64,000 nucleotides of DNA, taken from an uncultured bacterium. Its GTDB lineage: Bacteria > Oederibacteriota > JAAXVQ01 > JAUVAV01. The stretch spans positions 224,001 through 288,000 of the forward strand of contig CAVQBK010000013.1 in the NCBI GenBank assembly GCA_963710755.1. Direction: 5' to 3'. Positions 55,671-64,000 of the stretch are shown here, piece after piece; the stretch's first letter is position 1; the number at the start of each line of letters is the position of its first letter. A program made the translations under genes and the position numbers. The notes under the pieces were generated by a model. That model did no database searches and was not told where the DNA came from. It was given only the letters and a program-made list of their open reading frames with translations.

Positions 55671-56933
55671 TCAATCCACCGTGCGGCTTGCCACAAGTCG
55701 AGACAAGGTTTCGGTTTTTTTCCGGGATAGCTGCCGCAAGTCTTCCTGGGTCAGGATATCCGTCTGCTGGCCTTTAATCAGAGCCACCCGGTCCGTGCAG
55801 GAAATGCAGGGGTCAACCGAGGCCACAATAATAGGAATATCCGCCACTTGTTCGCCCTGCAAGATTTCCAACCAAGCGGTCAGGTTACTGTAAGTGGAGG
55901 CTTTCACCTTCCACGATTCCACCTCATCCTTGCCGCCTGTGAGCTTGACGTAATGAAAGACTTCACCCCGGGGAGCTTCGTGCTTACCCAAGCCTTCGCC
56001 CTCGGCTTTTTTCACATGATTGAGCAGCACCATTAGTTTTTCATGGGCGATGATCGGTCCTTCCGGCATACGGGCCATGGCTTCCTGAATGATACCAATG
56101 GACTGCTTGACCTCCAAAAGCCGCACAATAATACGATCGTATACATCACCACGCACTTCCCCGGTTAATTGGTCGGGCGTAATGGCTTTAATATCCATAT
56201 CCCCATAGGCGCAGTATGGATGATCCTGACGCACATCCTTGGCCACCCCGGAGGCCCGGGCCGTAGGACCTACGGAACATAATTCCAAGGCCTTGCGTTG
56301 GCTTAACACCCCGGTATCGCGGCAGCGCATTTTCAATACCGAATCTTCCAGAAAAAGTTCGGCTAATTCATCAAACAGACTGATGTAATAGTTCAGCGTT
56401 TTTTTGATGCGTGGATATTGATCAGGCCGGATATCACGGCGCATGCCTCCAATCTGAAGGGTGCCGTAATTGACCCGGTTGCCGGAGAGATATTCCAGCA
56501 AGTCCATGACTTCTTCCCTGACTTCCCAGGCTTTGTAAAAGAGCGTGTCAAAACCCAATTCCAAAGCCGCCACCCCAGCCCAAAGCAAATGGGAGTGGAG
56601 CCGCTCTAATTCTCCATAAATGGTGCGCAGATAATCTGCCCGCACCGGCACCTCGATGCCGGCCGCCTGTTCCACAGCCCGGCAAAAAGAAAGAGAGTGG
56701 GAAACACCGCATATGCCGCAAATACGTTCCGCAGCATGGATAACCTGAATGACATTACGCCGGGTGGCCATCCATTCCAGGCCGCGGTGCGCGTGGCCGG
56801 GGGCAAAATCCACTTTGCTGATTTTCTCCCCTTCCAGCTCGAAAAGGAATTTGATGGGTTCTTTCAGCGCCGGATGGATAGGGCCGACCACAGTTTTGAT
56901 CGGTGCTTTGTTTTTTGATGCCATAGTGTCCAT
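55671..56933 (-). CDS. mbhL: Group 4 [NiFe]-hydrogenase catalytic subunit
   Basis: L1 ERICGIC, L2 DPCISCTDR with C-terminal extension, GPIHP and EAPRGE. Confidence 0.93.
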   Translation of the reverse strand: MDTMASKNKAPIKTVVGPIHPALKEPIKFLFELEGEKISKVDFAPGHAHRGLEWMATRRNVIQVIHAAERICGICGVSHSLSFCRAVEQAAGIEVPVRADYLRTIYGELERLHSHLLWAGVAALELGFDTLFYKAWEVREEVMDLLEYLSGNRVNYGTLQIGGMRRDIRPDQYPRIKKTLNYYISLFDELAELFLEDSVLKMRCRDTGVLSQRKALELCSVGPTARASGVAKDVRQDHPYCAYGDMDIKAITPDQLTGEVRGDVYDRIIVRLLEVKQSIGIIQEAMARMPEGPIIAHEKLMVLLNHVKKAEGEGLGKHEAPRGEVFHYVKLTGGKDEVESWKVKASTYSNLTAWLEILQGEQVADIPIIVASVDPCISCTDRVALIKGQQTDILTQEDLRQLSRKKTETLSRLVASRTVD

Positions 56934-57068
56934 TGATAATCAGCTCATTTCAATTAAAGATCAAGTTATTAACCGCGTCATAACAAGCGTATTGCCAGGC
57001 GCGATGTTTTTTACCCTGCAAAGACGGTTCAAGCGTGACCGTCCCTCTTATCCCAAGAAGGCTCCTTA

Positions 57069-57647
57069 TCAGGCTTCCGAGGAAGCGGTTTCCCGTCTCT
57101 TCTTTCCTTCCGCCTTGCCCACATCATACAGTTTTTTAACCATATCTTCCTGGATGCCCGTCTCGTCCTTGCGCCAGGGATAAACATCCTGAGGAAAATC
57201 ATCAGGTAAAAACATACGTCGGTCATCAGGAATACCGATCACCTTGAGTCCAAAAAATTCCTGTTTTTCCCGTTCACTGACCACGGCTCCCGGTATAGTT
57301 CCTGTGATGGTGTCGATGGTTAAATCGGTTTTTGGGATAATGGCCTTGATGGTGACATTGATTTCGCCATGGCTGGTGCCATAAAAAATGTTGAGGTGGT
57401 AATTAAGCTCAATGGCCTCGCCCACATCACAGCCGCTGATGACGGAAAGATGAGGAAAATGTATATCAGCAATGGCCTGAACCGTTGTCTTCAAGGCTGT
57501 TTTATCAATGGTCAACCACAGTTGTTCATAGATGTTGCGGTTGGCCCCTTCCGCCCGGCGCCGAATCTCACTGCTGAGCAGATGCGCGCCCAGTAAGGAC
57601 TGGAAATGTTGCTGTAATTGTTCCGCTGACATTATCTTTAAAGTCAT
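57069..57647 (-). CDS. mbhK: Mbh subunit (NuoC-like)
   Basis: PHLSVISG, EREKQEFFG and FLPDDFPQDVYPWRKDE. Confidence 0.88.
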   Translation of the reverse strand: MTLKIMSAEQLQQHFQSLLGAHLLSSEIRRRAEGANRNIYEQLWLTIDKTALKTTVQAIADIHFPHLSVISGCDVGEAIELNYHLNIFYGTSHGEINVTIKAIIPKTDLTIDTITGTIPGAVVSEREKQEFFGLKVIGIPDDRRMFLPDDFPQDVYPWRKDETGIQEDMVKKLYDVGKAEGKKRRETASSEA

Positions 57648-58075
57648 GATTTCTTCTGCAAGGCCTCCAATTTCTTTAATGCTTGCACCACGCCAAAGGT
57701 AATGGCCTCGGGACGGGGAGGGCATCCGGGCACATAAACGTCCACCGGAATTACATCATCAATCGGCCCTGCCAGGGTGTAGCTTTCATAAAAGGGTCCG
57801 CCGCTGGTACCGCAGGCCCCGATAGACATTACTACTTTGGGATTGGGGGTTTGATGATAAACCCGCAACACTTTATCTTTCATCTTTTGGGTCACCGGTC
57901 CCGTGACCAGCAGTACGTCTGCGTGCCGCGGTGTACCCACCAGTTTGATCCCGAATCGTTCGGGGTCATAGCGCGGGGTTATGGCCGCCACGATTTCAAT
58001 CTCGCAGCCATTGCAGGACCCGGAATTTAAGTGAAATACCCATAGAGATTTATTCAAGGATTTAGGAATACTCAT
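57644..58075 (-). CDS. mbhJ: Mbh small subunit (NuoB-like)
   Basis: GSCNGCEIE, TPRHAD, IGACGTSGG and YVPGCPPRP. Confidence 0.92.
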   Translation of the reverse strand: MSIPKSLNKSLWVFHLNSGSCNGCEIEIVAAITPRYDPERFGIKLVGTPRHADVLLVTGPVTQKMKDKVLRVYHQTPNPKVVMSIGACGTSGGPFYESYTLAGPIDDVIPVDVYVPGCPPRPEAITFGVVQALKKLEALQKKS

Positions 58076-58416
58076 AGGACCAACCCGATGATTAAAGTAA
58101 TGACTAAAACGCCAAAAAACCACAGCAGATAATCCACCACATTGCCCGTATGCCAAGCCACCACTTTCTCATAGTAGCCCTTCAAGGTTTCGGTAAAGCC
58201 CCAATAGAGGTTGCTGGCACGCACATGCACAGCCGCAGGATCCGGTTCATCACACCCGGAAAGAAAGGGTTTGGTCTGATCGGTGCCTTGTTGATACTGG
58301 CGGCTGCCCATACTCCTGATCAGCAGGGCGATAAGCAGTACCAACACAAAGGCTGCAAGCCAAAGCAGGGGCTGCCAGAATCCAAATCCTGTGTTTAATA
58401 CCGAGGTGGCTTCCAT
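58072..58416 (-). CDS. mbhI: Mbh subunit I (small membrane subunit)
   Basis: GFWQPLLW, KPFLSG, SNLYWGF and HTGNVVDY; operon position matches. Confidence 0.8.
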   Translation of the reverse strand: MEATSVLNTGFGFWQPLLWLAAFVLVLLIALLIRSMGSRQYQQGTDQTKPFLSGCDEPDPAAVHVRASNLYWGFTETLKGYYEKVVAWHTGNVVDYLLWFFGVLVITLIIGLVL

Positions 58417-58417
58417 A

Positions 58418-59989
58418 CTAATGCATGCCCCCCATCACCAAATTGATATAGTGGCTCTGATCCAGCAACGCTGTGACTGCCGGTCTAACCAGGTGATCAA
58501 TCACCACATTGGGGAACAAACCGCCCAGCACCACCAACACCGCCAGCACCCCCATAGCGGCCAACATGGGTTTGGGTACCTCTTTAGTCTCCCCCAATGC
58601 CGGCTGCTTTGGTCCCATAAACATGGAATGAAACACTTTCATAAAGGAGGCCAGCGTCAGAATACTGACCACAATGGCCACGATAGCCAGAAAGGGATTA
58701 AAAAGAAAGACCGACTCATAAATGATCAACTTGGAGGCAAATCCATTAAAAGGCGGTACTCCGGCAATGGCCAGGGCGCCGATGATAAAAAAGACCATGG
58801 TACCTTTCATAGTGTGCCCCAGACCGCCCAATTCGTTGAGATTATATTTGCCGGTTCGGTAGATTACGGCTCCGGCTGTCAAAAACAGCAGGCCTTTATA
58901 GAGCGCATGATTAATGATATGAAAGATGCCGCCGACCATGGCCGTCTCCCCCACCGTCTTGAGCAGGTGCGGATTACCCAGCGTGGCCAAGCCTACGCCC
59001 ACACCCAGGAGCATATAACCTGATTGGGACACGGCGTGATAAGCCATTAGGCGCTTGACATCTTTTTGCGGCAGAGCCATGGTGACGCCGATAAACATGG
59101 AGAGCACGCCCAAAATAATGATTAGCCAGCCTATGGCTTCCACATTCATTTTGTAATTGAACAGGCTAAAGCACATCCTAAAAAGCACCGCCATACTGGC
59201 TTGGCTGGAGACAACCAAGAAGGCAGTAACGCTGGACGGTGCGCGCGAGTAGGCGTCCGGAGTCCAAAGATGCATAGGCACTGCCCCGCATTTCATGGCC
59301 ATGGGAATAATCAAAAGGACTAGTGCGATCATATCAATCTGGCTAAAGCGCAATCGGCTGGCAATAAGGGCAATATTAAGTGTGCCATACTGCGCATAAA
59401 GCAGGGCTACGCCCAGCAGAAAAAACAGCCCGCCCACCGTGCTGATCATGGCATACTTTAACCCCGCCTCTACGGCCAGCCCTTTTTCAATACGATACGC
59501 TACTAAACTGGCTCCGGCCAAAGAGGCAATCTCCAGGAATACGAAAAGATTGAACAAGTCGCCCGTACTTACCATACCGATCACCCCGGTGACCAGCAAC
59601 AACATGAGCGCATAAAAATAATTTTGACCGCTTGCCTTTTTCTCACTACTCATGGCATAGAGCATGCTCATCAGCCCCACCACCGAAGCGATGACAATCA
59701 TGAAGGCGCTGAAGGCGTCAATAGAAAAGATGATGCGAATGGGAATACCACCAGAGTCCAAAGGAATGGTCATCCCCGGCTGGCTGGCACCAAAAACATA
59801 GACCATAGGGCCATGGCTGACAACCAAGTAGGCCAGCCACAGACCGAAAGCACTGGTAATGGTCATCCCCAACAGGGCCAGACCGTTACGAATGTAACCG
59901 TTCCATCGTCCGACCAACGGCGTTAAAAAAGCAAAAATCAGTGGAACACCTATAAGCAAAGCGGGGAGATGATTTGACAAAACGCTCAT
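58418..59989 (-). CDS. mbhH: Mbh antiporter-like subunit (MrpD/NuoM-N-like)
   Basis: GDLFNLFVFLEI, EAGLKY, KCGAVPMHLWTPDAY, KRLMAYH, NHALYKGLLFL and GFASK. Confidence 0.92.
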   Translation of the reverse strand: MSVLSNHLPALLIGVPLIFAFLTPLVGRWNGYIRNGLALLGMTITSAFGLWLAYLVVSHGPMVYVFGASQPGMTIPLDSGGIPIRIIFSIDAFSAFMIVIASVVGLMSMLYAMSSEKKASGQNYFYALMLLLVTGVIGMVSTGDLFNLFVFLEIASLAGASLVAYRIEKGLAVEAGLKYAMISTVGGLFFLLGVALLYAQYGTLNIALIASRLRFSQIDMIALVLLIIPMAMKCGAVPMHLWTPDAYSRAPSSVTAFLVVSSQASMAVLFRMCFSLFNYKMNVEAIGWLIIILGVLSMFIGVTMALPQKDVKRLMAYHAVSQSGYMLLGVGVGLATLGNPHLLKTVGETAMVGGIFHIINHALYKGLLFLTAGAVIYRTGKYNLNELGGLGHTMKGTMVFFIIGALAIAGVPPFNGFASKLIIYESVFLFNPFLAIVAIVVSILTLASFMKVFHSMFMGPKQPALGETKEVPKPMLAAMGVLAVLVVLGGLFPNVVIDHLVRPAVTALLDQSHYINLVMGGMH

Positions 59990-59991
59990 TA

Positions 59992-60336
59992 TCAACCCTG
60001 CAACTTTCTGATATTTTGCACGTTCAAGGTCTTGTAACGCTTATAAATGACCATACTGAATGAAAGCAGCAGGGCCAAGGTGGCCACGCCAATGACGATC
60101 GACGTCAGGGTCAAGGCTTGTACCGTGGGCAACACCATGATGCCTTTGGGGGCGCTGGTAAAAATGGGGGCGATCCCATCCTGTCGGTAGCCAATAGCCA
60201 CCAAAAACAGGTTAACCGCCGACTCCAGGATACCCAGTCCCAGAATGATTTTAATAATATTTTTTCTGAACACCATGGTCATCAAGCCAATGATGGCCAG
60301 AATTCCAATGATCAAGAAAGGCAAATTAATCATCAT
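59992..60336 (-). CDS. mbhG: Mbh subunit (MrpC-like)
   Basis: NIIKIILG, APIF and PTVQALTLTSIVIG. Confidence 0.88.
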   Translation of the reverse strand: MMINLPFLIIGILAIIGLMTMVFRKNIIKIILGLGILESAVNLFLVAIGYRQDGIAPIFTSAPKGIMVLPTVQALTLTSIVIGVATLALLLSFSMVIYKRYKTLNVQNIRKLQG

Positions 60337-60337
60337 G

Positions 60338-60805
60338 TTAACGGTTTTCTCCATCCCCGGCGCCAAATGAAATCATGTAGAAAATAATCATGGAGAGCGC
60401 ACCCAGCACTTCCAGTCCTACTGCCATATTCAACACCGGAATTAAACCACCTGTATTGAGTTGCCCGCCATTAGGTCCAAAAGCCACTGCCTGACCGAAC
60501 AGACCGGCGCCGTTGGCCAGCCAGTTGGTCATGAAGCTTTTACCTGCCAGAATACCACCCAGGCCGAGCAGGCCAAAAATGAGCAGGCCCAACAATTCGC
60601 AAACATTGAAAATGACCTGTCTGAATTTCTTTTGGATTTCGGCATGACGATTGGCCACCACCATCAGGGCAATGCCGGTAGCAATCACCGCACCGCCTTG
60701 AAAACCACCGCCCGGAGTAAGATGGCCGTGGATCACCACATAAAACCCGAAGATCAACACAAAGGGATAGAGGAAATCAGCTGCCGAACGAATGATTTTG
60801 GTCAT
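60338..60805 (-). CDS. mbhF: Mbh subunit (MrpB-like)
   Basis: HGHLTPGGGFQGG. Confidence 0.9.
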   Translation of the reverse strand: MTKIIRSAADFLYPFVLIFGFYVVIHGHLTPGGGFQGGAVIATGIALMVVANRHAEIQKKFRQVIFNVCELLGLLIFGLLGLGGILAGKSFMTNWLANGAGLFGQAVAFGPNGGQLNTGGLIPVLNMAVGLEVLGALSMIIFYMISFGAGDGENR

Positions 60806-61089
60806 GCCCGGTCCTCCTCATCTTCGCGCAAGCGCCGAAACACCATGCCTACACCCAAGACCACCACAAACAATACGGTGGCTTCACCCAGCGTATCAAA
60901 GCCTCTGAAATCAAACACCACCGCCGTAACCACGTTGTTGGTGGCCGCCTCTTTTTGGCTCTTGGCAATAAAGTAATCATCCATCTGCGTTTGCGCCGGA
61001 TGCCCAAAATGAATGGTTTTATTGACCGTCAGGCTCAGGAACATGCCGCTGAGTGTAAAAACAATGGCCGCAATCAACGCCCCTCTCAT
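60802..61089 (-). CDS. mbhE: Mbh subunit E (MrpA/B-related)
   Basis: NVVTAVVFDFRGFDTLGE. Confidence 0.88.
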   Translation of the reverse strand: MRGALIAAIVFTLSGMFLSLTVNKTIHFGHPAQTQMDDYFIAKSQKEAATNNVVTAVVFDFRGFDTLGEATVLFVVVLGVGMVFRRLREDEEDRA

Positions 61090-61340
61090 TTGGTATCGAT
61101 CTCCCTTCTGGTGGTGCTGCGTACGGCAATCATAAGGATCGCCGTGGTCAGACCCGCTCCAATTCCGGCTTCCGCAATGGCCACATCGGGAGCTTGTAAA
61201 ATATAATATTCTGCGGCAGTTAAAAAACTAAAGGCCGCAAAGGCAATGGACGCATGAAGCAAATCTTTTAAATAAAAGACCATCAAGGCCGCACTGACCA
61301 ACCCGACCAAAATCAGCGCTTGGATGAAAAAGGCGATCAT
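61086..61340 (-). CDS. mbhD: Mbh subunit D (DUF4040/MrpA C-terminal-like)
   Basis: LQAPDVAIAEAGIGAG. Confidence 0.88.
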   Translation of the reverse strand: MIAFFIQALILVGLVSAALMVFYLKDLLHASIAFAAFSFLTAAEYYILQAPDVAIAEAGIGAGLTTAILMIAVRSTTRREIDTK

Positions 61341-61341
61341 G

Positions 61342-61722
61342 TCAGGCCTCCTCTTTCTTCAGAGATGGCTGTTTCTCAGCCAGATGATCCACCACGGCCG
61401 GCTGTGGCCGCTGGCCGCGACTGTAGGCCGCATGGGCAATGGCATGGGATCCGGTAGCATTGGTAAAGCCCAGCACCACAATGGCGATCAAGGCATGAAT
61501 ACTAAGAGAAAGCATAGCTGGATCTTGGCTTTGATGATAATGCACAAAACCGAAAAGGGTAATAGCCAGAGCAATAAAGATCGAACCAAAGGTGGTGGTT
61601 TTAGTTTCCGCATGCAGACGGGTATAGACGTCGGGAAAACGGAGCAGTCCCAAAATGCCCACGATGTTGAAAAACAGGCCGATGGCTACAAACACATAAA
61701 GGATAATCGTCACCAGATTCAT
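61342..61722 (-). CDS. mbhC: Mbh subunit (MrpG-like)
   Basis: GLLRFPDVYTRLHAETK and HAIAHAAY. Confidence 0.9.
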   Translation of the reverse strand: MNLVTIILYVFVAIGLFFNIVGILGLLRFPDVYTRLHAETKTTTFGSIFIALAITLFGFVHYHQSQDPAMLSLSIHALIAIVVLGFTNATGSHAIAHAAYSRGQRPQPAVVDHLAEKQPSLKKEEA

Positions 61723-61982
61723 TACCGGTAATCCCTTTCCAGGAATCGCGCCAAATAGAGGGTCCCTACAAACGACAGGAGCGCGTAAACAATGGCCACA
61801 TCAATAAAAATCGCCTGACGGTACACGGCCGCCAGGAGCACCATAATGGCTACGACCAAGGTGTTGAGCGCATCCAGAGCCACCACCCGGTCAGGTGCGG
61901 TCGGCCCCAAGACCATACGTATCAAGGCCCCCAGCACCAGTACTGCCAGAATGATAACCGCCACAGACCAGATCATTGTCAT
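61722..61982 (-). CDS. mbhB: Mbh subunit (MrpF-like)
   Basis: GPTAPDRVVALD and DVAIVYALLSFVGT. Confidence 0.9.
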   Translation of the reverse strand: MTMIWSVAVIILAVLVLGALIRMVLGPTAPDRVVALDALNTLVVAIMVLLAAVYRQAIFIDVAIVYALLSFVGTLYLARFLERDYR

Positions 61983-62494
61983 TCGGCAATTCTCCTTACC
62001 CAGGCGGAAAGATCGAACATGCTGAACAGATCTTTGCCCTGCCAAGTGGTTTTGGTTTCTTCGCCTTGGGGAACATTGAGTAAATGCACATAGAGGTCGT
62101 TTGTCTCATCGTCCACGGTTACCGTAAGAGTCCCCGGGGTGAGGGTAATGGAATTGGCCAGGAGCATAGTGCCGAAATCGGACTTGGTGCCCGGTGTATA
62201 TTTAACCAGCCCCGGTCTGATTTTGCCGGTCAAGACCCGCAGGGCTACGTCAATATTGGCTTTGGTCAATTCCAGGAAAAAAGGCACGGCGATATAAATC
62301 AGAAAGAAAAAAGCACGGAGGGGGTTGCGTTTCAACTTGTCATCACGGAAATGGAACCCTTTGCTAATGATAGCCACAATCAGGGACAATAATGCTCCGG
62401 CTACCAACTCATCACGATTCCAGGACCCGGCGGTAAACACCAGGTAGGCAAGAAAGCTTGTAATCGCAGTAATGATAAAGGCCATAGTGATCAT
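61979..62494 (-). CDS. mbhA: Mbh subunit (MrpE-like)
   Basis: KANIDVA, LANSITLTPGTLT and LYVH. Confidence 0.9.
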   Translation of the reverse strand: MITMAFIITAITSFLAYLVFTAGSWNRDELVAGALLSLIVAIISKGFHFRDDKLKRNPLRAFFFLIYIAVPFFLELTKANIDVALRVLTGKIRPGLVKYTPGTKSDFGTMLLANSITLTPGTLTVTVDDETNDLYVHLLNVPQGEETKTTWQGKDLFSMFDLSAWVRRIAE

Positions 62495-62615
62495 CCATGC
62501 TTTCTGTTTGAATAAGGATCAAGTGAGCCGCATTGATTCTCAAAGGAGGCAGAACGAATAAAATGACAGGACGCCGTCCGTATCATTCAGCACCGGATCG
62601 TTTTAAACAGCCGAT

Positions 62616-62644
62616 AAAATACAAAAAGTAGAACACTTTGTCAA
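62616..62644 (-). promoter_or_regulatory. sigma70 promoter of the mbh operon
   Basis: TTGACA-N17-TATTTT (with TG extension), about 120 nt upstream of mbhA. Confidence 0.6.
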
Positions 62645-62772
62645 TAATAAACTGATATCCAATCAACGATACCATTTGATGCTAGCGCCATAGCTGAGTA
62701 TTAAGTCCTGTCTTGACCAGGCGCCCGTGCAAAATGCCCTCGTGCCATCCGGTGCTGATTTCTTACTAGCAC

Positions 62773-62810
62773 AAAAAAAAGAGGCACGATCTCAAGACCG
62801 TGCCTCTTTT
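62773..62810 (-). terminator. Rho-independent (bidirectional) terminator
   Basis: A8-GAGGCACG-N10-CGTGCCTC-T4. Confidence 0.85.
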
Positions 62811-62823
62811 AACCATCAGCTAA

Positions 62824-63135
62824 TTATTCTGCATCACTCTTGCTGGAATCATCCTCGTCACTGACATTAAGATATTTATCCAAGCCTTGCACGGATACGC
62901 TGCCGTTCTCAATTTTGACGGATGCATCACCGGTGTTGACATTGACATTGCCGCCGTTCACGTCCACTGTGGAATCGCCGCTGGTCACGTTGACATGCCC
63001 ATTGGGATCAACGGTGGTTGACCCTTCGGTGGTCTGCACATTAATGCCCCCCTGGCTGTTGTCTGCGGTTTTACTGGCGCAGGCGGTCATGCCCACCATT
63101 GCTGCTAAAATCATGATCCACATCACTTGCTTCAT
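62824..63135 (-). CDS. Small lipoprotein with beta-strand repeats and acidic tail
   Basis: GAGGAGG RBS, lipobox MTAC and repeated G.V.V.T/D units. Confidence 0.78.
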   Translation of the reverse strand: MKQVMWIMILAAMVGMTACASKTADNSQGGINVQTTEGSTTVDPNGHVNVTSGDSTVDVNGGNVNVNTGDASVKIENGSVSVQGLDKYLNVSDEDDSSKSDAE

Positions 63136-63200
63136 TACTGATCCTCCTCATGTTTCTCTTTAGGGCAAGTCCCCCTAAATGGAAATTACCCGGCAGATCA

Positions 63201-64000
63201 TCAATATCTATAGTGTTCCGGTTTATAAGGGCCTTCCACCGGCACTCCAATATAATCTGCCTGGGGTTTAGATAATTGCGTAAGTTTAACACCGATTTTT
63301 TCCAAATGCAAGCGGGCGACTTCTTCATCCAATTGTTTGGGCAGGCGATAAACGTCGACTTTATAGCTATCTTTGTTCTTCCATAACTCTATTTGAGCCA
63401 GGGTTTGGTTGGAGAAGGAATTGGACATGACAAAAGACGGATGACCGGTGGCGCAGCCCAGATTAACCAAGCGTCCTTCCGCCAGCAGAAATACCGCATG
63501 GCCGTCCTCGTAGACATATTTATCCACCTGGGGCTTAATATTGATTTTGTTCACACCGGTCCATTGATTGAGGCGGTCCACTTGGATTTCATTATCAAAG
63601 TGGCCGATGTTGCAGACAATGGCTTGATCCTTCATCTTAGCCATATGCTCGGCGGTGATGATGTCCCGGTTACCAGTGGCCGTGACATAGATGTCTGCTT
63701 TGCCCAGCGTGGCCTCCACGTTGGTGACTTCAAACCCTTCCATGGCGGCCTGCAAAGCGCAGATGGGATCGATTTCCGTCACGATCACCCGGGCCCCAAA
63801 ACCACGCATGGATTGGGCGCAGCCCTTGCCCACATCTCCATAACCGCAGACCACCACGACCTTGCCGGCCACCATAACATCCGTGGCGCGTTTGATGCCG
63901 TCTGCCAGAGATTCGCGACAACCGTATAAATTGTCGAATTTGGACTTGGTCACCGAGTCGTTGACGTTCATGGCCGGTACCAGCAGCTTCTTTTCCTCCA
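63201..64000 (-). CDS. ahcY: S-adenosyl-L-homocysteine hydrolase (5' part outside the window)
   Basis: [51 protein letters not shown] and KPEHYRY. Confidence 0.98.
   Translation of the reverse strand, partial: EEKKLLVPAMNVNDSVTKSKFDNLYGCRESLADGIKRATDVMVAGKVVVVCGYGDVGKGCAQSMRGFGARVIVTEIDPICALQAAMEGFEVTNVEATLGKADIYVTATGNRDIITAEHMAKMKDQAIVCNIGHFDNEIQVDRLNQWTGVNKINIKPQVDKYVYEDGHAVFLLAEGRLVNLGCATGHPSFVMSNSFSNQTLAQIELWKNKDSYKVDVYRLPKQLDEEVARLHLEKIGVKLTQLSKPQADYIGVPVEGPYKPEHYRY

Noticed and set aside
55671-56933. Large subunit as NuoD or MbxL/MbsL (non-hydrogenase)
   Set aside because: Both CxxC Ni-binding motifs and a maturation protease are present.
62729-62747. TGGCACGAGGGCATTTTGC upstream of mbh as a sigma54 promoter
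   Set aside because: GG-to-GC spacing is 13 rather than the obligatory 10.
1-64000. CRISPR arrays, rRNA, prophage or defence genes
   Set aside because: No regularly spaced repeats or recognisable signature proteins were seen by eye.

Overview
Gene-dense chromosomal window from an anaerobic, probably diderm bacterium. A secreted protein ending in a Thr/Pro linker plus a PNPA...KVAIIK tail suggests an uncultured lineage such as FCPU426, which is an inference only. From left to right it carries: a partial PHP-GT4 glycosyltransferase and a GT2-like gene; two small genes on divergent sigma54 promoters beside an NtrC-family two-component system; DUF2179, a KamA-family radical SAM enzyme, patatin and cardiolipin synthase; a DUF2089 operon, rsgA and hsp20; a 1235-aa M4 protease/FG-GAP chimera; a five-gene LolA-like/outer-membrane/ABC operon whose LolA-like gene has a 1-nt frameshift; a 2281-aa multi-domain membrane protein with an embedded, apparently intact GH13_18 sugar phosphorylase and two degenerate CPBP-like modules (the most unusual item); a palindrome-rich IS200/IS605-end-like relic; a second hsp20; rrf2-FeS-hcp; a large hybrid histidine kinase; crcB-DUF190; a pseudouridine synthase; a GGDEF-EAL protein; miaA; a GT4; feoB with a DtxR-FeoA regulator; an FKBP PPIase; a complete 14-gene Thermococcales-style Mrp-Mbh [NiFe]-hydrogenase operon with its maturation protease; a small lipoprotein; and a partial ahcY. 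No rRNA, tRNA, CRISPR array or intact transposase was seen. All calls come from motif recognition by eye, and no database searches were run.
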